A DNA stretch of 64,000 bases from a virus. Positions 19,331 through 28,243 of this stretch are shown in pieces. Location: the IMG/VR virus record IMGVR_UViG_3300022821_000014, positions 1 to 64,000 of that record, one strand, 5' to 3'. The first letter of the stretch is position 1; the number at the start of each line of letters is the position of its first letter. The position numbers and the translations under genes were made by a program. Under the pieces are notes generated by a model, which had not been told where the DNA came from, ran no database searches, and saw nothing but the letters and a program-made list of their open reading frames with translations.

Positions 19331-19654
19331 TTACAGAGTCTTCTGAGTGTACTGGTTTTTCAGGTGTACGCCCTTTGTGAACTGTGCGTTTGAATCACGA
19401 TACTCCATGACCGCAGCAATGAGCCTCCTGGCTTCTCCGACTGTCATTGGAGCATCTGGCTTTGCCTTTGTCGAACTCACAAGTATTGGAAATACCATGA
19501 TTGGTGACACCATAAGTGGCACATAGGGTGCGTACACGTAACCTGTACTTAAATAAGAATATCCCTTTCGGGTCTGTAAATAGATGTCACGTATTTTGAG
19601 TTCAACTAGGTACTTGGCAATAATCTTTCGAATGTCACCTATCTTCAAAACCAA
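19331..19654 (-). CDS. mini-protein: two leader helices + major-capsid C-terminal-like fragment
   Basis: LKIGDIRKIIAKYL...RKGYSYLSTGYVYAPYVPLMVSP...MTVGEARRLIAAVMEY; G..YAPYVPL is a gp23 hallmark. Confidence 0.7.
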   Translation of the reverse strand: MVLKIGDIRKIIAKYLVELKIRDIYLQTRKGYSYLSTGYVYAPYVPLMVSPIMVFPILVSSTKAKPDAPMTVGEARRLIAAVMEYRDSNAQFTKGVHLKNQYTQKTL

Positions 19655-19799
19655 GCTTACTTTCTATCAACGACCAAAGAATTTTTTGGTCAATCAACTT
19701 GTCAATATTCTGGGCTGCTCTACGAAAGCACCTCATGGTTTCTGGTTCAACAGCGTGTAGGTAACCAGCTATTTTTATCCTCATTGCATTTTTTGTCAT
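19635..19799 (-). CDS. mini-protein with shared leader helix (54 aa)
   Basis: MTKNAMRIKIAGYLHAVEPETMRCFRRAAQNIDKLIDQKILWSLIESKLGFEDR; manual translation. Confidence 0.55.
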   Translation of the reverse strand: MTKNAMRIKIAGYLHAVEPETMRCFRRAAQNIDKLIDQKILWSLIESKLGFEDR

Positions 19800-19821
19800 C
19801 GATTACCAAATTCTAGAATCA

Positions 19822-19950
19822 TTATAGGTTCCTAAAGTTTCGAATTATCTTAGGGCCTAGGCCGAGCAATGTTTCTAAATGACGGACGTTGATTGCACTT
19901 CTCTCTTCAAGGTGCAATGCGATAATTTTTCGAGCTTCGTTGATTGACAT
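19822..19950 (-). CDS. mini-protein with shared leader helix (42 aa)
   Basis: MSINEARKIIALHLEERSAINVRHLETLLGLGPKIIRNFRNL; TAATG coupling to the FkbM gene stop. Confidence 0.6.
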   Translation of the reverse strand: MSINEARKIIALHLEERSAINVRHLETLLGLGPKIIRNFRNL

Positions 19951-20597
19951 TATGTACCTCTGAGATATAGGGCATCACCCCAAGTGCGCTCAGGCGCAGC
20001 TGTAAGCAGACGTGTGAAATTGTACTCTAGAAGAAAGTCATCTAGTTCTTCAATGAGACAGCAGTCTTTGTAAACTTCCTCGAAGTTCACCTTAGTATAG
20101 ATCGCTCTAAAATCAAAGCGTTCAAATAACGAACCAAACCCCTTGAGGACTTTCAACTCGGCTCCTTGAACATCAATATTGATAAAGTCATAAAGATCCA
20201 GGTCAATCTGTGCGATGTTTTCTCGGACCAGGCTATCGAAGGTTTTTGTTTTGACAGCCTGAGCTTCTACGTACCGAACGTCTGGATATGCTGTTGCGTG
20301 TGTACCAAGTTCTAATAGTGAAGACGACTTTCCATCGTTGGCAATGTTGAACTCAACCATTTCATCCTTTACGTCAGAAATAACAGTACAAAAATACAGG
20401 GAATTGATGGGTACTTTGTGTGTCTTATCATACAAGGGTTTCATCATTTCTTTGTTCGCCTCGATCCACAAGACGTTCTTTACACCAGCTTGAGCGTATG
20501 CCTCTGCTTCCTCACCATGGTATGCTCCAAAGTGGACCACACCCTTGAACGGCCTATCAACATTGGCCTTGATACACTCTTCCATGGAGATGAACAT
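19950..20597 (-). CDS. FkbM-family methyltransferase
   Basis: HFGAYHGEE, WIEAN, SSSLL, NIDVQGAELKVLKG, WGDALY. Confidence 0.9.
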   Translation of the reverse strand: MFISMEECIKANVDRPFKGVVHFGAYHGEEAEAYAQAGVKNVLWIEANKEMMKPLYDKTHKVPINSLYFCTVISDVKDEMVEFNIANDGKSSSLLELGTHATAYPDVRYVEAQAVKTKTFDSLVRENIAQIDLDLYDFINIDVQGAELKVLKGFGSLFERFDFRAIYTKVNFEEVYKDCCLIEELDDFLLEYNFTRLLTAAPERTWGDALYLRGT

Positions 20598-20598
20598 G

Positions 20599-21456
20599 TT
20601 AACTTTTCCCTTTTTTGCTGCTGTTTACAAATTTGATTTCGACAGGCACGTGCACTGTACTAGGCTTCACGCCTTTGTAACTGTCAATATCAATCAACTT
20701 ACCTTCAAGGTACTTTTCATTGAGTTCTTCAGGTGTAAATCCTTTAGCAAATCTGTTTTTATACTGGCTTTGTACACGGTTAGCTGGGATGTTAATAAGT
20801 CGTGGCCCTTCTGGATAGCAACTTAGGTAGTCTGGAGTGTCAGGTCGTTTGCTTGCCATGTCCAAAGCTGCCTCGAAAGTATTGGGGTTGTTGTACTCGG
20901 TCGTTTCAACCAGGCTATTGATAAACTCGGTGTTGAATATGTTGCCATCAACCGACATCGGGTAACCCCAGTCACCCTGACAGCCCACCCAAGACCAGAC
21001 GCAGCCTTTGACAAACTTGGGTACTTTCGTATCTTCATTAGTTGCGTAGCAGCGTGTTACACCATCGTGAAGCCGCAAACTAAGTCCCAGCATCAGGACA
21101 TTGTTGCGAATCAAATCAAACTGTTTGTCGCTTGTAGAGACATCATTTACAAAGATTATGTCATCAACCAAAAACATGGTAAATTGTGATGGTGCCCAGG
21201 GAAAACCACGTACCCCTTTTATTGTTTGAGAACGGAAGTTGACCTCCTCATCCCAGATAAGGTATTCAGACTCAGGGAAGTGAGACTGAACTTTTTCGTA
21301 GCCCTTGCGAAACACCTCACTGGTAGCCTTCCAAATAATTGTTACAGTTGGCTCTTCTTCACTCTTAAAGTGTTTGTAAAAGGATTGCAAGCACGCATGA
21401 ACCTGGCAAGCTCGGTTACAAGAGAATATTACTACATTTGTTCTGTCGCTTATCAT
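20599..21456 (-). CDS. glycosyltransferase (GT-A-like)
   Basis: VVIFSCNRACQ, FLVDDIIF, DWGYPMSVDG, NPNTFE. Confidence 0.7.
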   Translation of the reverse strand: MISDRTNVVIFSCNRACQVHACLQSFYKHFKSEEEPTVTIIWKATSEVFRKGYEKVQSHFPESEYLIWDEEVNFRSQTIKGVRGFPWAPSQFTMFLVDDIIFVNDVSTSDKQFDLIRNNVLMLGLSLRLHDGVTRCYATNEDTKVPKFVKGCVWSWVGCQGDWGYPMSVDGNIFNTEFINSLVETTEYNNPNTFEAALDMASKRPDTPDYLSCYPEGPRLINIPANRVQSQYKNRFAKGFTPEELNEKYLEGKLIDIDSYKGVKPSTVHVPVEIKFVNSSKKGKS

Positions 21457-21526
21457 TGTCCCTCAACTTTTACTAGCCTACCCACTTGACTAACAAATGC
21501 ATAGAAGTCCGCAAGGCTTAAATTAA

Positions 21527-21778
21527 TCATAGCGGGCTTTTGGTAATGATGCCAATGTTGGCTTTTGTGAGCGCAAGAAGCAACAGCACTTCTTGCATGC
21601 TATCAATTCGTTCTGTCAAATAAGCTTCTTCAATGCCTCGAATCTTCTTATACCTTGCCTGAGCATGTATGAAAACATCTATGTCACGTGCGATAGTAAC
21701 ACACATCGCATTCAGAAGACCCATTATAGCACCTTCATCCTTGGATCTAAGGACTTCTTGTGTGGTCTCTTTTTGCAT
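21527..21778 (-). CDS. hypothetical protein
   Basis: 83-aa ORF coupled to its neighbours. Confidence 0.5.
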   Translation of the reverse strand: MQKETTQEVLRSKDEGAIMGLLNAMCVTIARDIDVFIHAQARYKKIRGIEEAYLTERIDSMQEVLLLLALTKANIGIITKSPL

Positions 21779-22188
21779 CAGCCTTTCGTTTCGCCGAACT
21801 CATAGAGTGTATACATCGTTGGTTTTCCATTGGCCCAGCCCCACTTGTAAGCATTTTTACACTCTGGGCAAGGACATTTGATATCCTCGTGCGGGCCCAT
21901 GCCTTTCTGTGCAACCTCGGATTCCTTAACAATCCCAAACACTCTACGACTTGAAACGACTCGACGAAAGATGAGATTCTCAGGTGTCGACTCTATCACT
22001 TTACCATAGGCATGACGCTTCAAGACGGAATTGTAGCCACCACTGGTTTGGTCTTTCCAAGAGCAGTTATTCCTCTCAACCTTTTCCTTCCACTCGATGG
22101 CATATCGCCAGGCTGCTTCAAACTGCTCGTTAGACAGTCCAGCTTGAATTACAAATCGATAGCCTCTTTTTTTCTCGGTGTCACGCAT
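21778..22188 (-). CDS. hypothetical protein (CxCxxC)
   Basis: 136-aa ORF overlapping the thyX end; KCPCPECK. Confidence 0.55.
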   Translation of the reverse strand: MRDTEKKRGYRFVIQAGLSNEQFEAAWRYAIEWKEKVERNNCSWKDQTSGGYNSVLKRHAYGKVIESTPENLIFRRVVSSRRVFGIVKESEVAQKGMGPHEDIKCPCPECKNAYKWGWANGKPTMYTLYEFGETKG

Positions 22189-22933
22189 CTTCTGTTGGCG
22201 GGTTTAGATTCCCATTTTCGTCTGTGTAACCAAAGGCCTTAAGAGAAATGTCAAAATCACCTGTCAGCCTTACTGCTTCAAGCATCTTTGAAGCAAGATC
22301 TCGGACTTCACGCTGAGCATGTGTGCTGTATCGCAATCTCCCGAAATGAGCAAAACTTCTAAAATTGAATTGAATATCGCAGGTTAGTTGGTTACCATAA
22401 GGTAGGTAAAAACGTGCAGACTCTTTAGCACGTGAGCGAGCCTTTCTTTTTGACATACCTTCCTTCTCCGTATAGTGCACTGTCAGATTTTTGAGTGAAC
22501 GGTGATAATGTTCGTAGGTCTGTTCCATGTGAGCAAGGTATACACGCTTCTCTGATTCAGGCCACTCGGTTGGCATATATAGTTTGTCGTTCTTCAGTTC
22601 TTTATAACGGGCGGATTCGCCATTAATAGAGACGCCAATTCTATGTTTTAAGAGATGAATATGAGTGGCTATGTCGGATGTCACAAGAAAGTGCAAGGCG
22701 CTTTTTTCAAATGGTGTGTGGTGCCCGTTTTCCGCAAGCATTTTCAACAATGGGACAACCCTACCTCTTTTCGTTACACCTTTTGAATTTGGTGTGTCCA
22801 GATCTCTGGTGGTGCTTGTCCAAGCTGAGAGGGCGTGTGTTGTATCAGAGCCATAGGTCCCGATCAGCTCGACCTTGTTGTTCAGGTCACCGAAAGTCTC
22901 ATACCAGTTTTCTTCATTAAAATCATCACTCAT
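22181..22933 (-). CDS. thyX: flavin-dependent thymidylate synthase
   Basis: HHTPFE, KHRIGVSINGESARY, ESARFYLP, NFRSFAHF..LR...HAQREVR. Confidence 0.92.
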   Translation of the reverse strand: MSDDFNEENWYETFGDLNNKVELIGTYGSDTTHALSAWTSTTRDLDTPNSKGVTKRGRVVPLLKMLAENGHHTPFEKSALHFLVTSDIATHIHLLKHRIGVSINGESARYKELKNDKLYMPTEWPESEKRVYLAHMEQTYEHYHRSLKNLTVHYTEKEGMSKRKARSRAKESARFYLPYGNQLTCDIQFNFRSFAHFGRLRYSTHAQREVRDLASKMLEAVRLTGDFDISLKAFGYTDENGNLNPPTEDA

Positions 22934-23291
22934 CTAACTTCCTCAATTCTTCTATTTCATCTTCCAAGAATGTCATTTTGCGAAGCATCCCTGGCATATC
23001 TGGACTACTATAGGTGGCAACCTCTAGAATCATCGCCTTCAGTCCTTCATCCCTCCAGATTCGGGTGACACTTCCATGCACCTTACGCCCTGAAGCTTCT
23101 TTCGGATTCAGACGAGTCAATGAAAGCTCCTGCCCAGAGACTATCCCTATTTCATCTGGAGTCTTGAATCTGAGAGAAACCATATCGCCAACACCAAGGT
23201 CTGTTAAACCTTCTACAATTGTTTTCTTCGCTACCGTTTCTTTAAAGCCGAAGAATCTTTTCCAGAAGCCCATCTGGGTAGTATGGGGCAT
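22926..23291 (-). CDS. hypothetical protein
   Basis: 121-aa ORF overlapping the thyX start. Confidence 0.55.
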   Translation of the reverse strand: MPHTTQMGFWKRFFGFKETVAKKTIVEGLTDLGVGDMVSLRFKTPDEIGIVSGQELSLTRLNPKEASGRKVHGSVTRIWRDEGLKAMILEVATYSSPDMPGMLRKMTFLEDEIEELRKLDE

Positions 23292-23320
23292 ACATGTTTT
23301 AGTTGTTACTACTTACCTTC

Positions 23321-24019
23321 ATGCGTGAACCAGAAATGTGGGAATCAAAGTGGAAAAAGTTTCTTTACGAAGGAATGTCGACCGAGGCGGTTGAGGCCGA
23401 GGATCTATCGGGACTGTTCAATTTTTTTCACATTTCCGAACAAAAGCTATCCAGAGAAGACTTTTTCACCTTCAGCCCACGAAGACCACGACATCCGTTT
23501 GAGGATGATGAGGGCAACATTACAGAGGACGATTACACACCTCGTATTTCTGTGGCGCCAACCGTGAACGATGCACTAGTGGCTCTGGGAGAAGGAAGTT
23601 TAAAAAACGTGGATGGTTGGGGTCACCTTTATGCTGGTCTGAGCCATGCAGACGCAGAAGCCAAGACAGAAGACTGTCCAGAAACAAGTGATATGGAATA
23701 CGGTACGATATTCCGAATGTCAGCCTGGTTGCAAAACAAACTTGATTCGGGAGAAATTGTTCCTCCGTATAAATCCTCAGTTTCACGTTGGCTAGACGGC
23801 GGTGAACAGGGCATAGCACCTTCAAGCCTTCCTAAGGAACTCGCAGATGAATTCGAGTACTGTGTCCCAGACGCCGACGAAACAAAAGAGCAGTGGCTCT
23901 TGAAACCAACCAAACTCATTTACTTAGGTGAAATTGAGGCAGAGACTGGAGATGTTATCCTGTCAGCTGCTGGTCTGCGAGCCGTCCGACAGGCTGGTTT
24001 AAGGACACATAGTTACTGA
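23321..24019 (+). CDS. hypothetical protein, possible ADP-ribosyltransferase-like fold
   Basis: FFHIS...PR.P...EDDYTPRISVAPTV...VPDADETKEQWLL; N-terminal WKKFLYE; TACTTA 5 nt upstream. Confidence 0.5.
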   Translation: MREPEMWESKWKKFLYEGMSTEAVEAEDLSGLFNFFHISEQKLSREDFFTFSPRRPRHPFEDDEGNITEDDYTPRISVAPTVNDALVALGEGSLKNVDGWGHLYAGLSHADAEAKTEDCPETSDMEYGTIFRMSAWLQNKLDSGEIVPPYKSSVSRWLDGGEQGIAPSSLPKELADEFEYCVPDADETKEQWLLKPTKLIYLGEIEAETGDVILSAAGLRAVRQAGLRTHSY

Positions 24020-24061
24020 CACCGTGGTGACGGAAGCGGGTAGGCAAAACCCGAGAACAAA

Positions 24062-24184
24062 TTAGTCCTCCTTCTTATCGGCTTCCAGCTCTTGTTGCTT
24101 TTTACCTGCGATTTTTAAAACGAACTTGACTATCTTGTCAAAGTTTACTAGGACGAACTCCAAGCCTTTCATAAACCATTTCAT
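24062..24184 (-). CDS. small hypothetical protein (40 aa)
   Basis: MKWFMKGLEFVLVNFDKIVKFVLKIAGKKQQELEADKKED immediately after the upstream stop. Confidence 0.5.
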   Translation of the reverse strand: MKWFMKGLEFVLVNFDKIVKFVLKIAGKKQQELEADKKED

Positions 24185-24808
24185 TTAATCTTCCTCCAGG
24201 ACATCAGATACCAATTCATCCCAGGCTTCCTTGATGCTGACAAACATAGTTGAATCTGGCTCTGGCATAATCCTTTTTGAGTTGCCATGATTGGCAATCT
24301 GATGTTTGACTGCCTGCTGGACCATTTCTTCCGAGCGCTTCCAATTAGGGTCGTAAGGATATAGATAAACATCGGTCTTTAGATCACCTTGACGATCAGC
24401 AATTTTCGCATACCCAAGCTTACTTATTCGGTGGTCCCCACGACCATCTAAGTAGCCTGGCTCTTTTTCAGGAATGACGTTTTCAGGGTTTATTACCATG
24501 CTGATTTGGCGTTTATACTGTGGGTCCATGTGATCGACATAAACCTCTTCTCTTGAAGCGGATGTCACACCAGTGACGTCAAGTTTGTCTATGAACTCCT
24601 TATTCTTTTCAGTGTTTTTCTTACTCACTCTTGGTGAATCCTGTGACTCCCAGCGATCTGGCTCTACATTCCCAGCTACTATACCAGCCCTAAAAAGAGC
24701 ATTCTGTTCATGCAGTTTAGCTCTAAGTCTGGCTGCACGGTCTCTTTGACGTACAAGTTGAAGTCTTTGGCGGTAATCATTAGGGGTCTTGCTCATTTGT
24801 CGTACCAC
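24185..24808 (-). CDS. hypothetical protein
   Basis: 207-aa ORF in the operon. Confidence 0.6.
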   Translation of the reverse strand: MVRQMSKTPNDYRQRLQLVRQRDRAARLRAKLHEQNALFRAGIVAGNVEPDRWESQDSPRVSKKNTEKNKEFIDKLDVTGVTSASREEVYVDHMDPQYKRQISMVINPENVIPEKEPGYLDGRGDHRISKLGYAKIADRQGDLKTDVYLYPYDPNWKRSEEMVQQAVKHQIANHGNSKRIMPEPDSTMFVSIKEAWDELVSDVLEED

Positions 24809-25371
24809 CTTTTTTCTGGTCGGTCTTTGTCCTTCTTTTTCTTTTCACGCTTCTTTTTTATCTTCTTGTCAGTGTTGCCGCCAAGGCCTGGGTCACGTGT
24901 TGGACGACCCTCGCTGTCTAGATTATATAAATGGTCTGGGAGGGAACTACCCATTTGGAAATACTCAACAGAACCTCGTGATCCAATACGTTCTTCGCAC
25001 ATTATGTCTTCGAGCGTTGTTGTTCTAATAAAAGATTCCCAGACATAGTTTTTCGGTAAGTCTATCACCCAAGCTTCAGCGCTCTTCTCACCAGACAATT
25101 TTTTACTACTTAGGCGGTGGTGCCCGTCCTGGATATATAACATCCCGTCGTAGTTGCGAATCACTACAGGTGAACCACCACTGCTCCACTCACCAGATGC
25201 TTGCTTGGTTAGAGTTTCCTGGTCAATTTCTTCTTGTGTGGCTCTAAGTCTTGGATTGTCAAGTCGAATACTCTCCATCCTGCCTTCATCCCACAGCGGT
25301 TCGAGTTTCGAGACAATATATTTGCCTGGGTTTTCTATGACGTCTTGAGCTACTTTGAACGGAGGTTTCAT
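24793..25371 (-). CDS. ParB/Srx-like domain protein
   Basis: LRATQEEI...PVVIRNYDGMLYIQDGHHRL; Lys-rich C-terminus. Confidence 0.7.
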   Translation of the reverse strand: MKPPFKVAQDVIENPGKYIVSKLEPLWDEGRMESIRLDNPRLRATQEEIDQETLTKQASGEWSSGGSPVVIRNYDGMLYIQDGHHRLSSKKLSGEKSAEAWVIDLPKNYVWESFIRTTTLEDIMCEERIGSRGSVEYFQMGSSLPDHLYNLDSEGRPTRDPGLGGNTDKKIKKKREKKKKDKDRPEKRWYDK

Positions 25372-26201
25372 TTCCTACCCTTTTTTTGGGTATCAGGTTC
25401 ATCACCTGACCACATACGCTCGTGCTCGACCGACATATCTTTACCCAGTGGTGTGCCTCCTGTGCCTGATACTTTTCCAGAAGATTGTAGAGCGCCACCG
25501 CCAATTCCGATGGCACTAACTTCATTCATGCCCTTGAGTTTGGCGATGACTTCCTCAAGTTCTTTAATAGTCTTCGAAGCTTCGGTATGCATGATGGCGG
25601 TGCCGCCAGCTGCTCGAAAGCGATTGACATATTTGGGGCGATCATCAATGAGGATATCCCACTCGCTTTTGGCGAAGTTCTCTTTGCCTTTAGTACAATG
25701 GAACTCATCTGTGAGCTTGTCGATTCCATGCATCTTGACCCACTCAATTTTTTCTTCCTCACAACGTGGGTGCCTTGTCATTGGAGCTGTGAGAATGTGT
25801 GGCTTCTTACCCGTGAGTTCGGTAGCAGCCGCAATCATCTCTAATACACCAGGCATCACTTCAAGCTCTAGGAAATGTCCATCTTCACTGGCGACCTTGT
25901 AAAGCAAGCCCTCGTGCTTCTGATAGAGCTTCTTCAGCTTCTTCAGATATGGTTCTGATTGCTCGCCCTTGAGGAGTGTCTTGACATCATCCTTGTGCAT
26001 GTTGGCAATCTCGGGCTTCTTTGCCATGAAGGCCTCAAGCTCTTCTCTTGCCTGGCTAGCACTAGGGTTTGCGTCAACACGACCTGTGAAGTCAGCCAAT
26101 ACGCCATCCATATCAAAATAAATTGTTGGTTCTTGTTTTTCCAGCAACTCTTCTATCACTTCTGTTATCATGAATTTAACTAGCTTTTGTATGTTTTTCA
26201 T
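25368..26201 (-). CDS. HAD-family 5'(3')-deoxyribonucleotidase-like with N-terminal leader
   Basis: IYFDMDGVLADF, ILTAP, EKIEW, ILIDDR. Confidence 0.85.
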   Translation of the reverse strand: MKNIQKLVKFMITEVIEELLEKQEPTIYFDMDGVLADFTGRVDANPSASQAREELEAFMAKKPEIANMHKDDVKTLLKGEQSEPYLKKLKKLYQKHEGLLYKVASEDGHFLELEVMPGVLEMIAAATELTGKKPHILTAPMTRHPRCEEEKIEWVKMHGIDKLTDEFHCTKGKENFAKSEWDILIDDRPKYVNRFRAAGGTAIMHTEASKTIKELEEVIAKLKGMNEVSAIGIGGGALQSSGKVSGTGGTPLGKDMSVEHERMWSGDEPDTQKKGRK

Positions 26202-26217
26202 AGTAAAATATGGTGTT

Positions 26218-27057
26218 ATGGTTGTATTAGAATATACGAATGTGCTTGAATTAATAGGCCTCCCAATAAGTAGGTTTTACGTTTATGCTTTGTGTGACCC
26301 ATTGACTGGAAATCCTTTTTATATTGGTAAAGGTTCAAAAAAACGTTACAGAGACCACTTCAAAGAAGCAGCCAACAACAAGTCTTTCAACAAGTACAAA
26401 ACAAACAAAATTAATAAAATACTACGCAAAGGGAATAAAGTTATTGTTGACATAGTCTTTTCCTCCTACGCATCAAAAAAGTGTTATGTGATTGAAAAAC
26501 AATTAATAAAAAAATTTGGAAGGAAAAACAATAAAACAGGCATCTTGACCAACCTAACGGATGGTGGTGAGGGTGGTGTGTGGCGACACACAGAATTACA
26601 CAAGCAAAAACTTCGTAAAAATAACCCAGGTGCGACTGCAACGGCCAAACTGATACATCAAATAGAACCAAAATCTGGCGAAGTTATCAGAACATGGCCT
26701 TCTACTAGACAAGCGGGCCTAAATCTAAAAATTAGATCGTGGAGAAACATATCCGACTCAGCAAATAATCATAAAAACAGAGTCGTCGGCGGCTTCTATT
26801 GGAGATGGGTAAATGATAATTCAATTTTTGAAAACAAACTAATCGGTGTAGAACAACTCAACAACAACAGAAGAGATAAAAGCTTATGTGCGGGTATAAG
26901 AATTCAACAACTCTCCAAAGAAAAAAACTTTATTGCCGAATGGAAAAACATGTCGGTGGCCGCCAGGGAGTTGGGCTTTAACGTCGCTTCAATTTCACGA
27001 GCTATAAAAACAAATAAATTGTATCGTGGTTGTTACTGGTCGAAAGTGTCGAAGTAG
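26218..27057 (+). CDS. GIY-YIG homing endonuclease with NUMOD1-like repeats
   Basis: FYVYALCDPLTGNPFYIGKG..R, LTNLTDGGEG, GGFYWRW / RGCYWS; AT-rich and antisense to its neighbours; start uncertain. Confidence 0.85.
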   Translation: MVVLEYTNVLELIGLPISRFYVYALCDPLTGNPFYIGKGSKKRYRDHFKEAANNKSFNKYKTNKINKILRKGNKVIVDIVFSSYASKKCYVIEKQLIKKFGRKNNKTGILTNLTDGGEGGVWRHTELHKQKLRKNNPGATATAKLIHQIEPKSGEVIRTWPSTRQAGLNLKIRSWRNISDSANNHKNRVVGGFYWRWVNDNSIFENKLIGVEQLNNNRRDKSLCAGIRIQQLSKEKNFIAEWKNMSVAARELGFNVASISRAIKTNKLYRGCYWSKVSK

Positions 27058-27128
27058 ACTGTTGGTTCTTGGGTCTCCACAAGTTCATCCATGACTTGCT
27101 CAACCAATAGTTCGATTAGCTTTTTCAT
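27033..27128 (-). pseudogene. truncated 5' end of the HAD gene (31 aa)
   Basis: MKKLIELLVEQVMDELVETQEPTVYFDTFDQ* versus MKNIQKLVKFMITEVIEELLEKQEPTIYFDMDG. Confidence 0.8.
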
Positions 27129-28243
27129 CCGTATGTGTGTTTCACTTGCATCTTGGTCTGGATAGCTTTAAACTTATTCAAGTCAATAAAGCGGACGTCG
27201 TAGACCTTGTCTAGACCATATTCAAATACCGTTTTGATTATGTCCCTTGAATTTGACATTTCCCTGGTCCACGAATTACTGTCTATATCGATACCAAGCT
27301 TTGGCTCTTCACCCTTTGAGAGTTTGGCCTGAGCAGCCTCTGGGAAATCTGAGAGCGGCGCTTCGACTGCCACTAGTAGTCTTGAACCACGAGGAATTTT
27401 AAGAGTATCAGAGTCTACAACCCACTCCCCCTCTGTAGAATATGTGCGAACTGAATCAACGATAGCCTTCTTCACGTGGGATGTCCACATGTCTAATGAG
27501 ACATCCTTGAATTCCTGTCGGTGTGTTGCCTTATCAACTTCCATCTTGAGGTAGCCAGCAAATTCTTTAGGAGTGTCAAGAGTAAACCCACCATCTCCAT
27601 ATGGCGCCAGAATTTTATACCCAGGTAAATACCCGTCTCGCATCGAGCGCCCCAAGTCTTCCAAGACTTTGTCTCCGTCTTTAATCATATTTTTGGCCAG
27701 GTGACTCCAAACGTTGTCAATAATACGGCGGTTTCCCCTTGGCGCCTCGTCTGCATTGAAAATGCGTCGCAGATAAGCTAAATCATCCCGAGTCAGGTCG
27801 TACGGATCATCATAGCGTACTCGGTCAACACGGCCTTGATTATCATTCATCAGTTTCTTGGCATCCATCACTAAAACAGCGTTGCGTCCAATACCGAGCC
27901 AATGCATCAGGATTTTGCGATTGTCAGAAATGCCCGATACCCCATGGAGAACACCATCGGCGAGGTCTTCTACTTTGTCCGTAACCTTTTCGTTGATTGT
28001 TGTTACGAGCCAAAATACGTTTGGGTTGCCTGGTGTAGACTTCGCTTCATCTAAAACTTCTTTTACGCACTCACTAATGAGATTTTGCAGTTCTTGCTTT
28101 TTGTTCATTTCATGTCGACTGAGTTTTTTGAAGTGCGCTAAATTAAAACCTCTGAAGGCTTCCGTTAGTGGAGCCCGCTCAGCTTCAACAAACACCTCTC
28201 TAACACATTCGCTGATGAGGACTTGCAACTCCTGTTTCTTCAT
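27125..28243 (-). CDS. hypothetical protein, paralogue of 28240-29238, with duplicated leader
   Basis: KKQELQVLISECVREV / KKQELQNLISECVKEV (second ATG at 28108); VFWLVT, GISD, WLGIGRNAVL, YSTEGEW. Confidence 0.7.
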   Translation of the reverse strand: MKKQELQVLISECVREVFVEAERAPLTEAFRGFNLAHFKKLSRHEMNKKQELQNLISECVKEVLDEAKSTPGNPNVFWLVTTINEKVTDKVEDLADGVLHGVSGISDNRKILMHWLGIGRNAVLVMDAKKLMNDNQGRVDRVRYDDPYDLTRDDLAYLRRIFNADEAPRGNRRIIDNVWSHLAKNMIKDGDKVLEDLGRSMRDGYLPGYKILAPYGDGGFTLDTPKEFAGYLKMEVDKATHRQEFKDVSLDMWTSHVKKAIVDSVRTYSTEGEWVVDSDTLKIPRGSRLLVAVEAPLSDFPEAAQAKLSKGEEPKLGIDIDSNSWTREMSNSRDIIKTVFEYGLDKVYDVRFIDLNKFKAIQTKMQVKHTYG

